Assembly: GCA_963555985.3 (NCBI GenBank)
Contig: OY820591.1
Location: 1,696,001 to 1,760,000, forward strand
Length of the DNA: 64,000 bases
Direction: 5' to 3'
Source: Dehalococcoidia bacterium
Lineage (GTDB): Bacteria > Chloroflexota > Dehalococcoidia > Bin125
The stretch's first letter is position 1; every line of letters starts with the position of its first letter. The position numbers and the translations under genes were made by a program. Positions 39,783-49,071 of this stretch are shown here, one piece after another. The notes beneath the pieces are model-generated. The model saw nothing but the letters and a program-made list of their open reading frames with translations, did not search any database and had not been told where the DNA came from.

Positions 39783-40712
39783 TTACTCAAGCAGGGCGAA
39801 CGGGATAGTTGCGGCCCAGTGAATGTTGGGATCGTCGCGGCGGAACCAGGCGTATTGCCGACGGGCGAGGCGGCGGGTCTGTTGGGTGACGCTCTCAATG
39901 GCGGTGGGAAGATCAAACTCGCCGCGAATGTGGGCGAGCACTTCCCGATAGCCAATCGAGTCGAATCCGGGGGCAGATTCAGGAACGCCTTCAGCGAGAA
40001 GTGCTGTGACTTCCTCAACGAACCCATTGTCGAACATCGCCTGGGTTCGCTCAGCGATGCGCTGATCGAGTGTCTCTTGCTCCAGAGCGGGTGCGACGGC
40101 GGTGTAGGAGACGGGCTCGCGGCGGCGCTGCCACTCGGAGATGGTGATACCGGTGAATTCGTGTACTTCCAGGGCTCGGCTGACTCGGCGGATGTTGTTG
40201 GCTGGAATTCGGGATGCGGCCACGGGATCGATTTCGAGCAGGCGACGGTGCAGCGCCTCAGCGCCGTGCAGCTCAGCGAAGCGTTCATAATCGGCGCGAA
40301 GTGTCCGGTCGGGTTCTACCGGCGGCGTCTGCCAGCCTTCGAGTAGGGCGCGCATGTGCTGTCCGGCGCCGCCGGCGAGCACGACCCGCCGCCCGCGCTC
40401 GTGAATGTCGGCGATGGCGGCGCGCGCGGCGATCAGGTATTGGCCGAGCGAGAAGGTTTCGGGCGGTTCTATGAGATCGAGGCACCAATGCGGTACTGTC
40501 TCGCGCATTTCGGCGGTGGGTTTGGCTGTGCCGATGTCGAGGCGGCGATAGATTTGGCGGCTGTCGATGTTGACGATCTCAGCGTTGAGGCAAGCGGCGA
40601 TTTCGAGCGCCCAAGCGGACTTACCGCTGGCCGTGGGGCCGACGACTGCAATCAGGTGCGGCGCAATCGTCTCAGGCGTTGGCGATTGCGCGGGTGATGG
40701 CGAGGAAGGCAT
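39783..40712 (-). CDS. miaA: tRNA dimethylallyltransferase (start uncertain: ATG 40712 overlapping tpiA, or ATT 40667)
   Basis: GPTASGKS, DSRQIY..LDIGTAKP, IGYRE, TRRLARRQ..WFR. Confidence 0.93.
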   Translation of the reverse strand: MPSSPSPAQSPTPETIAPHLIAVVGPTASGKSAWALEIAACLNAEIVNIDSRQIYRRLDIGTAKPTAEMRETVPHWCLDLIEPPETFSLGQYLIAARAAIADIHERGRRVVLAGGAGQHMRALLEGWQTPPVEPDRTLRADYERFAELHGAEALHRRLLEIDPVAASRIPANNIRRVSRALEVHEFTGITISEWQRRREPVSYTAVAPALEQETLDQRIAERTQAMFDNGFVEEVTALLAEGVPESAPGFDSIGYREVLAHIRGEFDLPTAIESVTQQTRRLARRQYAWFRRDDPNIHWAATIPFALLE

Positions 40713-41424
40713 CGGGATCGAGTGAGGCTCCGCCAACGAGCGCGCCGTCGACGTCGGGTTGGGCGGCGAAGTCGGCGACGTTTTCAGGCTTGACGGAGCC
40801 GCCGTAGAGGATTCGGGTCGCGTCGGCGACGGCGGAGCCGAGTTTGTCGGCGACGATTGAGCGGATGTGAGCGGCGGCCTGCTCGGCTTCGCCGGGGGTT
40901 GCGGCCTTGCCGGTACCGATCGCCCAGACGGGTTCGTACGCGATGACGAGGCCCGGCGGGGCCGGGTTATCGCCGAGGGCGATTGAGACCTGGCGGGTGA
41001 GGACGGTGTTGGTGCGTCGGTTTTCGCGTTCAGCTTCGGTTTCGCCAACGCAGAGGATTGGCGTGAGGCCGTGTTCCACGGCTGCGAGCAGCTTGAGTTC
41101 GAGGGCTTGGTCATCCTCGCAGAAGAATTGTCTCCGCTCCGAGTGTCCGAGGATGACGGTGTCGGCGATTTCGGCGAGCTGTCGCGGTGAGACTTCGCCG
41201 GTGAAAGCCCCCGAGGGCTTGGTGTGCATGTTTTGGCCAGCGATGTGGACGCTGGTCTGGGCAAAGTGCCGCGAGACGATCGGCAGCTGTAAGAACGAGG
41301 GCGAGAGCACGACCTCAACGTTGGGAATCTGATCGATCCCGGCGAGGCCGGCGCAGAGTGCGTCGGCTTCCGCGTTGGTGCCGTTCATTTTCCAATTACC
41401 GGCGCTAATCGGAATGCGTGCCAT
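40672..41424 (-). CDS. tpiA: Triosephosphate isomerase
   Basis: AGNWKMN, GHSERR, AYEPVWAIGTG, YGGSV, LVGGASL. Confidence 0.97.
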   Translation of the reverse strand: MARIPISAGNWKMNGTNAEADALCAGLAGIDQIPNVEVVLSPSFLQLPIVSRHFAQTSVHIAGQNMHTKPSGAFTGEVSPRQLAEIADTVILGHSERRQFFCEDDQALELKLLAAVEHGLTPILCVGETEAERENRRTNTVLTRQVSIALGDNPAPPGLVIAYEPVWAIGTGKAATPGEAEQAAAHIRSIVADKLGSAVADATRILYGGSVKPENVADFAAQPDVDGALVGGASLDPDAFLAITRAIANA

Positions 41425-41465
41425 GGACTGCCTATCCGCTGGGAGGTCGGGGATCCGCTTCGAGC

Positions 41466-42659
41466 TTAGTTGTCGCGGTCGGGGAGTGCGGCAATGCCCG
41501 GGAGTTCGATGCCCTGGAGGTATTCGAGCGCCGCACCGCCGCCGGTGCTGACATGGGTCATCTTGCGGGTGAGGTGGTATTGCGCGACGGCGGCCGCGGT
41601 TTCGCCGCCGCAGATGATGGTGTTGGCTTCGAGTTTGCTGAGCGCCTCGGCCATTGCGCGAGTACCGCCCGAGAACGCCTCTCGCTCGAACAGACCGAGC
41701 GGCCCGTTCCAGACGATGGTGTCGCAATCGCTGATCGCTTTGACGAAGTTCTCAATCGTCTGCGGCCCGACATCGAGGATTTGCCAATCGTCGGGCAGCG
41801 CTTCTTCTGTGAAGACCAGCGGTCTGGCGCGGGGAGGCTGATCGGCGCCGCGAGCGATCACGCAGTCAACCGGAATCACGAGTTGGCAGTCCTCGACCTC
41901 GGCGGTTGCGGCGATGTCGTTGGCGGCGTCGACCATCTCCGGTTCGAGCAGGGAGGCCCCGGTAGGTAGTCCCTGAGCGAGGAGGAAGGTGTTGGCCATG
42001 GCGCCGCCGATCGCGAGCGCGGAGGCGCGCTGCGCGAGTCGTTCGAGGAGCGCGAGTTTGTCCGAGATCTTGGCGCCGCCGCAGATGAATCCGAGCTTGC
42101 CAGTTTCGCCTCGCGCGATGGGCTCGAGGGCGGCGATTTCGCGTTCGAGTAGGAGCCCGGCGGCGGAGGGCAGCAGCTCTGCGACAGCGGCGGTGGAGGC
42201 ATGGGCGCGGTGAGCGGCGCCGAAGGCGTCGTTGACGTAGATATCGGCGAGGTCGGCCAACTGCGCGGCGAAGTCCGGATCGTTTGCTTCCTCTTCTTCA
42301 TGGAAGCGGAGGTTTTGCAGGACCAGGACTTCTCCGGGCTTGAGCGCGCTCGCCATCTCGGTAGCGACAGGGCCGATGCAATCCGGAGCCATGCCGATGT
42401 TCATCTTGAGCGTGCGCGCGAGCCGGACAGCCGCCGGGGTCAGATCGTAGGCAGGGTCTCGGCGGCCGCGGGGACGGCCGAGATGCGAGCAGCAGATGAC
42501 GGACGCGCCGCGGTCGAGGAGGTACTTGACGGTGGGTGCGGCGGCGGCGATGCGAGTGTCGTCGAGTACGCGCCCGCCGTCCAGAGGGACGTTGAGATCG
42601 AGGCGGAGGAGGACGCGCCGGCCATCAAGGTCGAGGTCGCGAACAGAGCGTTTCTGCAT
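41466..42659 (-). CDS. pgk: Phosphoglycerate kinase
   Basis: DLNVP, SHLGRP, NDAFGAAHRAHAS, HVSTGGGA. Confidence 0.97.
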   Translation of the reverse strand: MQKRSVRDLDLDGRRVLLRLDLNVPLDGGRVLDDTRIAAAAPTVKYLLDRGASVICCSHLGRPRGRRDPAYDLTPAAVRLARTLKMNIGMAPDCIGPVATEMASALKPGEVLVLQNLRFHEEEEANDPDFAAQLADLADIYVNDAFGAAHRAHASTAAVAELLPSAAGLLLEREIAALEPIARGETGKLGFICGGAKISDKLALLERLAQRASALAIGGAMANTFLLAQGLPTGASLLEPEMVDAANDIAATAEVEDCQLVIPVDCVIARGADQPPRARPLVFTEEALPDDWQILDVGPQTIENFVKAISDCDTIVWNGPLGLFEREAFSGGTRAMAEALSKLEANTIICGGETAAAVAQYHLTRKMTHVSTGGGAALEYLQGIELPGIAALPDRDN

Positions 42660-42701
42660 CGGTCGGCTTCCGAACCGGGGATTGTCGGGCGGTGAGAATG
42701 A

Positions 42702-43202
42702 TCAGCGTGGGGTTTGCGCCGGTTCGGTCGATTCCTGTGGTGTGGAGATGCGGTCGGGGTCGTACTCGTGCTCAATCGCGGCGAGCTTGGCCAGCCGCCG
42801 GACATGCCGTCCGCCCTCGAATGTCGCATTCACAAAGGCGTCGACGATTTCTTGGGCAACAGCCGGCCCGACGGCGTAGGAGCCGAGCGCGAGGATGTTG
42901 CAGTCGGTGTGTTCGCGCGCACGTCGCGCAGTCCAAGAGTCTGCGCAGAGCGCTGCACGGGCACCGCGTACCTTGTTGGCCGCGATGCTGACGCCGACAC
43001 CGTTGGAGCAGACGAGAATGCCCAACTGACGGCGGCCGGCGACGACCGCTTCCGCCAACGGCGCGGCAACATCCGGATAGTCGATCGGCGCGTCGGAGTC
43101 AGGCCCGAAGTCTGCGACCTCATGGCCACTGGCGATCAGATGGTCGCGGAGACGCTGCTTGAGTTGGAAGCCGGCGTGGTCGCTGCCGATGGCGATGCGC
43201 AC
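42702..43202 (-). CDS. rpiB: Ribose-5-phosphate isomerase B
   Basis: GSDHAGF.LK, DYPD, AANKV.G.RAA, FEGGRH.RR. Confidence 0.95.
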   Translation of the reverse strand: MRIAIGSDHAGFQLKQRLRDHLIASGHEVADFGPDSDAPIDYPDVAAPLAEAVVAGRRQLGILVCSNGVGVSIAANKVRGARAALCADSWTARRAREHTDCNILALGSYAVGPAVAQEIVDAFVNATFEGGRHVRRLAKLAAIEHEYDPDRISTPQESTEPAQTPR

Positions 43203-43230
43203 GTGTCTAAGACTCCTTCACTGACGCGAA

Positions 43231-43887
43231 CTAGCTCACGGTGTCGGATTCTGAAAGGCCCCAGTGCTGCATCAGCAACTCCCCGACCTTGGGCGCAAGT
43301 TCGGCTCCGCGCCGCAGCACGCGCGGCACGTGCCCCGTACATTCCAAGATAGTAGAGGGCGCACCCGCAGGCGCTACCGCTCCAGGCCGAACGATGTGAA
43401 CTGCGTTGCCTAACTGATCGCGAATGTCTTGGGGAAGTAGCGCGGCAGGCTGTCCATGCAGGTTGGCGCTCGTTCCCGTGAGCGGCTCATCGACTATGTC
43501 TAGCAAGGCAAGGGCGATGGGGTGGTCGGGGATGCGCAGGGCGACAGTGCCGCCGCTGACAGCGCTCGAACGCCAGTCGCTGCGCCGATTGACGATCAGG
43601 GTGAGAGCTCCGGGCCAGGCTTGTTCGGCCAGTGCCAGGACACGAGAGTCGAGGGGCTCGGCGATGGCGTGAAGATGTTCGCGCCAGCGGGCGGGCGGGA
43701 GAAAGACCGGCAAGTTCTCGCCGCTGGGGCGCTGCTTGAGGCGGAAGATCTCGTCAATCGCGCGATCGTCGTTTGCGATTCCGCTGAGCGCGTACTGCGT
43801 GTCGGTCGGCAGCGCGATCACACCGCCTTGCAGGAGAATCTCAGCTGCTCGCCGGAGCTGGTCGTTGCTTGGCGCTTCTTCGGTCAT
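43231..43887 (-). CDS. tsaC: L-threonylcarbamoyladenylate synthase (Sua5/YrdC)
   Basis: PTDTQYAL, K.RP, WPGALT, RIPDHP, TSANLHG. Confidence 0.9.
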   Translation of the reverse strand: MTEEAPSNDQLRRAAEILLQGGVIALPTDTQYALSGIANDDRAIDEIFRLKQRPSGENLPVFLPPARWREHLHAIAEPLDSRVLALAEQAWPGALTLIVNRRSDWRSSAVSGGTVALRIPDHPIALALLDIVDEPLTGTSANLHGQPAALLPQDIRDQLGNAVHIVRPGAVAPAGAPSTILECTGHVPRVLRRGAELAPKVGELLMQHWGLSESDTVS

Positions 43888-43936
43888 GCTCGCATCGCCA
43901 ACCTGATCCGTGGCACGCTAGGGATAGCATGGCTGA

Positions 43937-45526
43937 ATGACGGAGTTTGCGACAGCACCGGATGTGAGAGATTCGCCACATGAGTCGATCGTGATTGTTG
44001 ATCTCGGCTCGCAGACAGCGATGTTGATTGCGCGGCGGGTTCGGGAACTGAATGTGTATTGCGAGCTCGCACCGCCGACGGCGAGTTGGGCGGAGGTGGA
44101 ACGGCTGCGACCGCGCGGCATCATTCTCTCCGGCGGTCCGGCCTCGGTGCATGACGCCGGCGCTCCAGTGGCGCCCGATTGGGCGCTTGACGGGCGGCTG
44201 CCCGTGCTCGGCATTTGCTACGGGATGCAGACGATGGCACAGCAGTTGGGGGGGCATGTGGAAGCGGGCCGGGAACGGGAGTTTGGCGCCGCTTCGATCT
44301 ACTCATCGGACGACTCGCCGTTGCTAGAGGGACTGCCGCGACCGATGCCGGTCTGGATGTCTCACGGAGATCGGGTCGATCAACTGCCGCCGGGCTTCCA
44401 ACCGTTGGCGACTACTGACTCGATTCCGGTCGCGGCGATGGGCGACGGTGAAGGGCGGTATGGCATCCAGTTTCACCCGGAGGTCGTGCATACGCCGCAG
44501 GGTGTGGAGCTGCTGCGCAATTTTGTGCGCGGGATTTGCCGCTGTTCCGGCGATTGGGACGCGGCGCATTTCATCACGGAGACCGTCGAAGCAGTACGCC
44601 GCCAAGTCGGATCGGGGCGCGTGATCTGCGGTTTGAGCGGGGGTGTGGACTCAGCCGTGGCAGCGGCGCTCGTGCATCGCGCCGTGGGCGATCAGTTGAC
44701 CTGCATTTATGTAGACAACGGACTGATGCGCTTGGGCGAGACGGAACAGGTCGCGGATACGTTCGAGCGGCATATGGGGATGAACCTTCACGTGGAGCGC
44801 GCCGGTGATCGTTTCCTCGAAGAGCTTGCCGGCGTGATCGATCCGGAGACCAAGCGCAAACGGGTGGGCGAGACCTTCATTTCGATCTTCGAGGAGGCGG
44901 CGATTGAGATCGCGCACGACGATCATGGCGTGGACTACCTCGTGCAGGGCACGACGTATCCCGATGTCGTGGAATCGGCTGGCTCCGGGCACGGATCGGC
45001 GACAGCGGTGATCAAATCGCACCACAACGTGGGCGGGCTGCCGGACGATCTGCGCTTTGAGCTGGTTGAGCCGCTGCGATATCTGTTTAAGGATGAGGTG
45101 CGCGAGGTCGGGCGGGAGCTTGGGTTGGCGGAAGAGATCGTGGGGCGGCAGCCGTATCCGGGACCCGGTTTGTCGATTCGGATTATTGGCGAGGTCACGC
45201 CCTCGAAGGTGCGAGTCTTGCAGCGCGCCGACGCAGTGGTGATGGAGGAAGTTCGGGCTGCCGGTCTCTACGACGAGTTATGGCAATCGTTCGCGATCCT
45301 GACCGATACGCGCTCGGTGGGAGTGCAAGGGGACGCGCGGACGTACGGCTGGGTCGTGGCGCTGCGAGCGGTGACGGCAGATGATGCGATGACCGCCGAC
45401 TGGGCGCGTTTGCCCTATGAGGTGCTGGGGCGAATTGCGAACCGGATCGTGAATGAGATCCCCGAGGTCAACCGGGTGGTCTACGACATCACGTCGAAGC
45501 CGCCGGGCACGATTGAGTGGGAGTGA
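43937..45526 (+). CDS. guaA: GMP synthase (glutamine-hydrolysing)
   Basis: [36 protein letters not shown]. Confidence 0.98.
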   Translation: MTEFATAPDVRDSPHESIVIVDLGSQTAMLIARRVRELNVYCELAPPTASWAEVERLRPRGIILSGGPASVHDAGAPVAPDWALDGRLPVLGICYGMQTMAQQLGGHVEAGREREFGAASIYSSDDSPLLEGLPRPMPVWMSHGDRVDQLPPGFQPLATTDSIPVAAMGDGEGRYGIQFHPEVVHTPQGVELLRNFVRGICRCSGDWDAAHFITETVEAVRRQVGSGRVICGLSGGVDSAVAAALVHRAVGDQLTCIYVDNGLMRLGETEQVADTFERHMGMNLHVERAGDRFLEELAGVIDPETKRKRVGETFISIFEEAAIEIAHDDHGVDYLVQGTTYPDVVESAGSGHGSATAVIKSHHNVGGLPDDLRFELVEPLRYLFKDEVREVGRELGLAEEIVGRQPYPGPGLSIRIIGEVTPSKVRVLQRADAVVMEEVRAAGLYDELWQSFAILTDTRSVGVQGDARTYGWVVALRAVTADDAMTADWARLPYEVLGRIANRIVNEIPEVNRVVYDITSKPPGTIEWE

Positions 45527-45532
45527 TGCTCC

Positions 45533-45949
45533 GTGGTGATCACGATCTGCATGAGCATGTCGCTGCGGCATCGGCTGCCGGAGATCTGCCGTGAGCTGGA
45601 GCGGGCGGGCCACGTGGTGCTGACGCCGGTCGATACGAAAGAGTTCGACTACGAGGGCGCCAACGACCTCGAGCGGGCGGACTTGAAACGCGACCGCGAC
45701 CTGATTCGGACACACTACGAGAAGATCAAGGTCTCGGATGCGATTTTCGTGCTCAACGAAGACCTGCCGGGCAGACCCAACTACATCGGCGGCAACAGCT
45801 TCCTGGAGATGGGCTTCGCCCATGTGCTGCACATCCCAATCTACCTGATGCAAGACGTGCCGGAGTCGCCGTATCGCTCCGAAATGCTGGCGATGGATCC
45901 GATTGTGATTGGCGGTGATCTGTCACGGGTTGGGGAAGCGGCGATCTGA
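45533..45949 (+). CDS. Hypothetical protein, nucleoside 2-deoxyribosyltransferase-like fold
   Basis: SDAIFVLN...YIGGNSFLEMGFA...PIY pattern. Confidence 0.6.
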   Translation: MVITICMSMSLRHRLPEICRELERAGHVVLTPVDTKEFDYEGANDLERADLKRDRDLIRTHYEKIKVSDAIFVLNEDLPGRPNYIGGNSFLEMGFAHVLHIPIYLMQDVPESPYRSEMLAMDPIVIGGDLSRVGEAAI

Positions 45950-45977
45950 GTGGGATAGCTGCGAGTAGGATCGCGCT

Positions 45978-47246
45978 ATGCGCATCCTGATCGTCGGCGG
46001 CGGAGGACGCGAGCACGCTCTCGCTTGGAAACTTGCCCAGTCTCCCCGCTGCGAGGCGATCTTCGCGGCCCCGGGCAATGCCGGCACGGCTGCGCTTGGC
46101 GAGAATCTGCCTGTCTCAGACTCGGACACTGACGGCATTTGCGACTCCGCCGAGCAGCGCCGGATCGACCTGGTTGTGGTCGGTCCGGAAGCGCCTCTCG
46201 CAGCCGGACTCGTGGACGCCCTCGGCCGGCGCGGCATTCTCAGTTTTGGTCCGACGCAGCAGGCGGCGCGGCTCGAATCATCCAAGTGGTACGCCAAATC
46301 AGTGATGCGCGACGCCGGCGTCCCGCACGCTCAGGGCGAACTCTTCACCTCTGCCGGAGCAGCCCACAAGTGGCTCGAAATGTTGGGGCCCGACGAGCTC
46401 CCGGTACTCAAGGCCGACGGACTTGCGGCGGGCAAGGGCGTGATCGTGCCTGATCACATTGACGACGCTCACGCTGCGATTGATGATCTCTTCGGGGGTA
46501 GGTTCGGGTCGGCGGGGGAACAGGTCGTGATCGAGGATCGGCTCGCGGGCATGGAAGCGTCGGCGATGGCGATCGTCTCCGGCGCGGACATTCTGCCCTT
46601 GCCCCTGAGCTGCGACTACAAGCGCATCCTGGACGGAGATCAGGGGCCAAACACCGGCGGCATGGGCGTCTATGCACCGCCGGGCTTTGTCGGCAATGCG
46701 GAGGATGTGTACGCCCAAATCCACCAGCCGGTCGCTGAGCAGATGGCCGCCGGCGGTCACGAATTCCGCGGTCTGCTCTACGCAGGACTGATGATTGAGG
46801 GCGATGAGACCAACGTGCTCGAGTTCAACGTGCGCTTCGGAGATCCCGAAACTCAGGCGGTGCTGCCTCTGCTTGAGGGCGACCTGCTGCCCGTTCTCGA
46901 AGCAGCTGCGCGCGGCGAGTCGCTGCCTCGTGACGCGATCAGTCATTCAGGGCGAGCGTCGGTCAGCGTAGCGATCGTCAGCGGCGGGTATCCAGGCTCT
47001 TACGAGACCGGCAAACCGATCCACGGGTTGGACGCCGTTGACGAAGCTGTGGATGTGTTCCACGCCGGAACGCAACTCGGCGACGATGGGCGGGTACTCA
47101 CGTCGGGCGGGCGCGTTGTGGCAGTAACAGCGGTGGCGGATACGCTCGAAGAAGCCAGAGGGATCGCTTACGACAATGTTCGCCGGATCAGCTTTGATGG
47201 GGCCTACCATCGCACCGACATCGCACTGAGGGAGATGCAGGCATGA
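45978..47246 (+). CDS. purD: Phosphoribosylamine-glycine ligase
   Basis: GGGGREHALAW, KADGLAAGKGV, GPNTGGMG, EFNVRFGDPE. Confidence 0.98.
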   Translation: MRILIVGGGGREHALAWKLAQSPRCEAIFAAPGNAGTAALGENLPVSDSDTDGICDSAEQRRIDLVVVGPEAPLAAGLVDALGRRGILSFGPTQQAARLESSKWYAKSVMRDAGVPHAQGELFTSAGAAHKWLEMLGPDELPVLKADGLAAGKGVIVPDHIDDAHAAIDDLFGGRFGSAGEQVVIEDRLAGMEASAMAIVSGADILPLPLSCDYKRILDGDQGPNTGGMGVYAPPGFVGNAEDVYAQIHQPVAEQMAAGGHEFRGLLYAGLMIEGDETNVLEFNVRFGDPETQAVLPLLEGDLLPVLEAAARGESLPRDAISHSGRASVSVAIVSGGYPGSYETGKPIHGLDAVDEAVDVFHAGTQLGDDGRVLTSGGRVVAVTAVADTLEEARGIAYDNVRRISFDGAYHRTDIALREMQA

Positions 47247-47590
47247 CGACTCGCACGGTTCGACCGAATCTACAGGCGCACGACGATGCGCTGCGGGTAG
47301 AGATGTTCCCCGGCGTGGCGCGGCGCACCCTCAACGCCGGCGAGCAGACCTCGATTCACGAGATCGAGATCGCGGCGGGATGCGTCGTGCCCATGCACAC
47401 ACATCCGCACGAGCAGATCGGCTACCTGGTCTGCGGGCGCGTGAAGTTTGAGCTCGGGGATGAGATCAAGGAACTGAGCGCGGGTGACTCCTGGGTGATT
47501 CCTTCCGAGATTCCGCACGAGGTCACCGCGCTTGAGGATGCCGTCGCGATTGACATCTTCTCTCCGGCGCGCGAGGAGTACATCCCCTAA
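47243..47590 (+). CDS. Cupin domain protein
   Basis: HTHPHEQ...PH cupin motifs; DIFSPAREEY. Confidence 0.9.
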   Translation: MTTRTVRPNLQAHDDALRVEMFPGVARRTLNAGEQTSIHEIEIAAGCVVPMHTHPHEQIGYLVCGRVKFELGDEIKELSAGDSWVIPSEIPHEVTALEDAVAIDIFSPAREEYIP

Positions 47591-48882
47591 TGATCCCCCG
47601 CTATCAACGCGCGGAGATGGCCGCGCTCTGGACCGACGACGCCAAGTGGCGGCGCTGGCTCGATGTCGAGATCGCCGTCGTGAACGCCTGGGCCGACGAA
47701 GGGGTCGTGCCGCGTGAAGACGCCGAACTGGTCGCGGCCAACGCGGGCTACAACGTCGCCGATATCGACCGCTATCAGGCGGCGGTGCATCACGACACGC
47801 TGGCGTTCCTGCGCTCGGTCGCGGACACGCTGGGGCCGGAGTCGCGCTGGGTGCATCACGGCCTGACCACTTCCGATGTTTGGGACACTGCCTCAGCGCT
47901 CCAGATCCGCGATGCGGCGCGGATCATCGAAGACGACCTCGAGCGGCTGGAGGCCTCGATCACGAAGCGCGCAGTCGAGCATAAGCACACGCTCTGCGTG
48001 GGTCGCACGCACGGGATTCATGGCGAGCCGACGACATTCGGGCTGAAACTGGCCAGTTGGATTGACGAAACGCGCCGCAACCGGCGCAGGCTGGCGGATG
48101 CGATCGAATCCGTGGCAGTGGGCAAGATCTCGGGCACGGTGGGTACCCACGCGACAGTGCCGCCGCATATCGAGGAGCGGGTTTGCCGCGAGTTGGGACT
48201 TGGGGTGGAGGCGATTTCGACGCAGGTGGTCCAGCGCGATCGTCACGCTCAGTTCCTCTCCACGCTTGCGCTGATCGCTGCATCTCTGGAGCGCTTCGCC
48301 ACCGAAATTCGCCATTTGCAACGCACCGAGGTGCGGGAGGTACGCGAGCCGTTTGCCGAAGGTCAGGCCGGTTCGTCGGCGATGCCGCACAAGCGCAACC
48401 CGGAGAAGGCGGAGCGCGTTTGTGGTCTGGCGCGGACGATTCGCGCGAACGCAATGACCGCGATCGAAAACGTCGCGCTCTGGCACGAACGCGACATCTC
48501 GCACACATCCGCCGAACGGATTGCGATCCCCGACGCCTGCTTCGCGCTCGACTACATCACCGACATGATGGCTTGGATCATCGACGGCCTAGTGATCGAC
48601 GCGGAGCGAATGCGCGCGAACCTGGACTCGTCGTACGGGCTGATCTACAGCCAGCGGGTGATGCTCGCGCTGACCGAAGCGGGCGTCGGCCGCGACGACG
48701 CCTACAAGCGGGTGCAGCGTTACGCGATGCAGGCGTGGGACGAGGGGATGCAGTTCCGCGGACTGATCGAGGGTGACGCGGTGATCACATCGGCGCTGGA
48801 TCAGGCAGCAATGGATGATGTCTTCGATCCCGGCTATTTCACGCGCTACGTGGACGAGTCGTTTGCGCGGCTGGGGCTGTAA
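47590..48882 (+). CDS. purB: Adenylosuccinate lyase
   Basis: MIPRY, GRTHGIH.EPTTFG, SSAMPHKRNP. Confidence 0.98.
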   Translation: MIPRYQRAEMAALWTDDAKWRRWLDVEIAVVNAWADEGVVPREDAELVAANAGYNVADIDRYQAAVHHDTLAFLRSVADTLGPESRWVHHGLTTSDVWDTASALQIRDAARIIEDDLERLEASITKRAVEHKHTLCVGRTHGIHGEPTTFGLKLASWIDETRRNRRRLADAIESVAVGKISGTVGTHATVPPHIEERVCRELGLGVEAISTQVVQRDRHAQFLSTLALIAASLERFATEIRHLQRTEVREVREPFAEGQAGSSAMPHKRNPEKAERVCGLARTIRANAMTAIENVALWHERDISHTSAERIAIPDACFALDYITDMMAWIIDGLVIDAERMRANLDSSYGLIYSQRVMLALTEAGVGRDDAYKRVQRYAMQAWDEGMQFRGLIEGDAVITSALDQAAMDDVFDPGYFTRYVDESFARLGL

Positions 48883-49071
48883 GGAGACGGCGGCGCCGCA
48901 CCCGGCGGGCGGGATTTGCCGGTACTAGGGAATCTCGAACTCGCTGCTGAGCCAGTCAATCGGATTCCGGCCGGCAGGGAACTTGCGGGTCGTGGGCAAG
49001 ATGCGCTCACCGTCGTCGTTGACGAAGTGATCCCTCCGCAGTGACCGCGACATCGCCGCCCACCGACCATG

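Noticed and set aside
39783-41318. 511-aa ORF suggesting a long N-terminal extension on MiaA
   Set aside because: The extension is an alternative frame of tpiA; MiaA similarity begins only near 40660.
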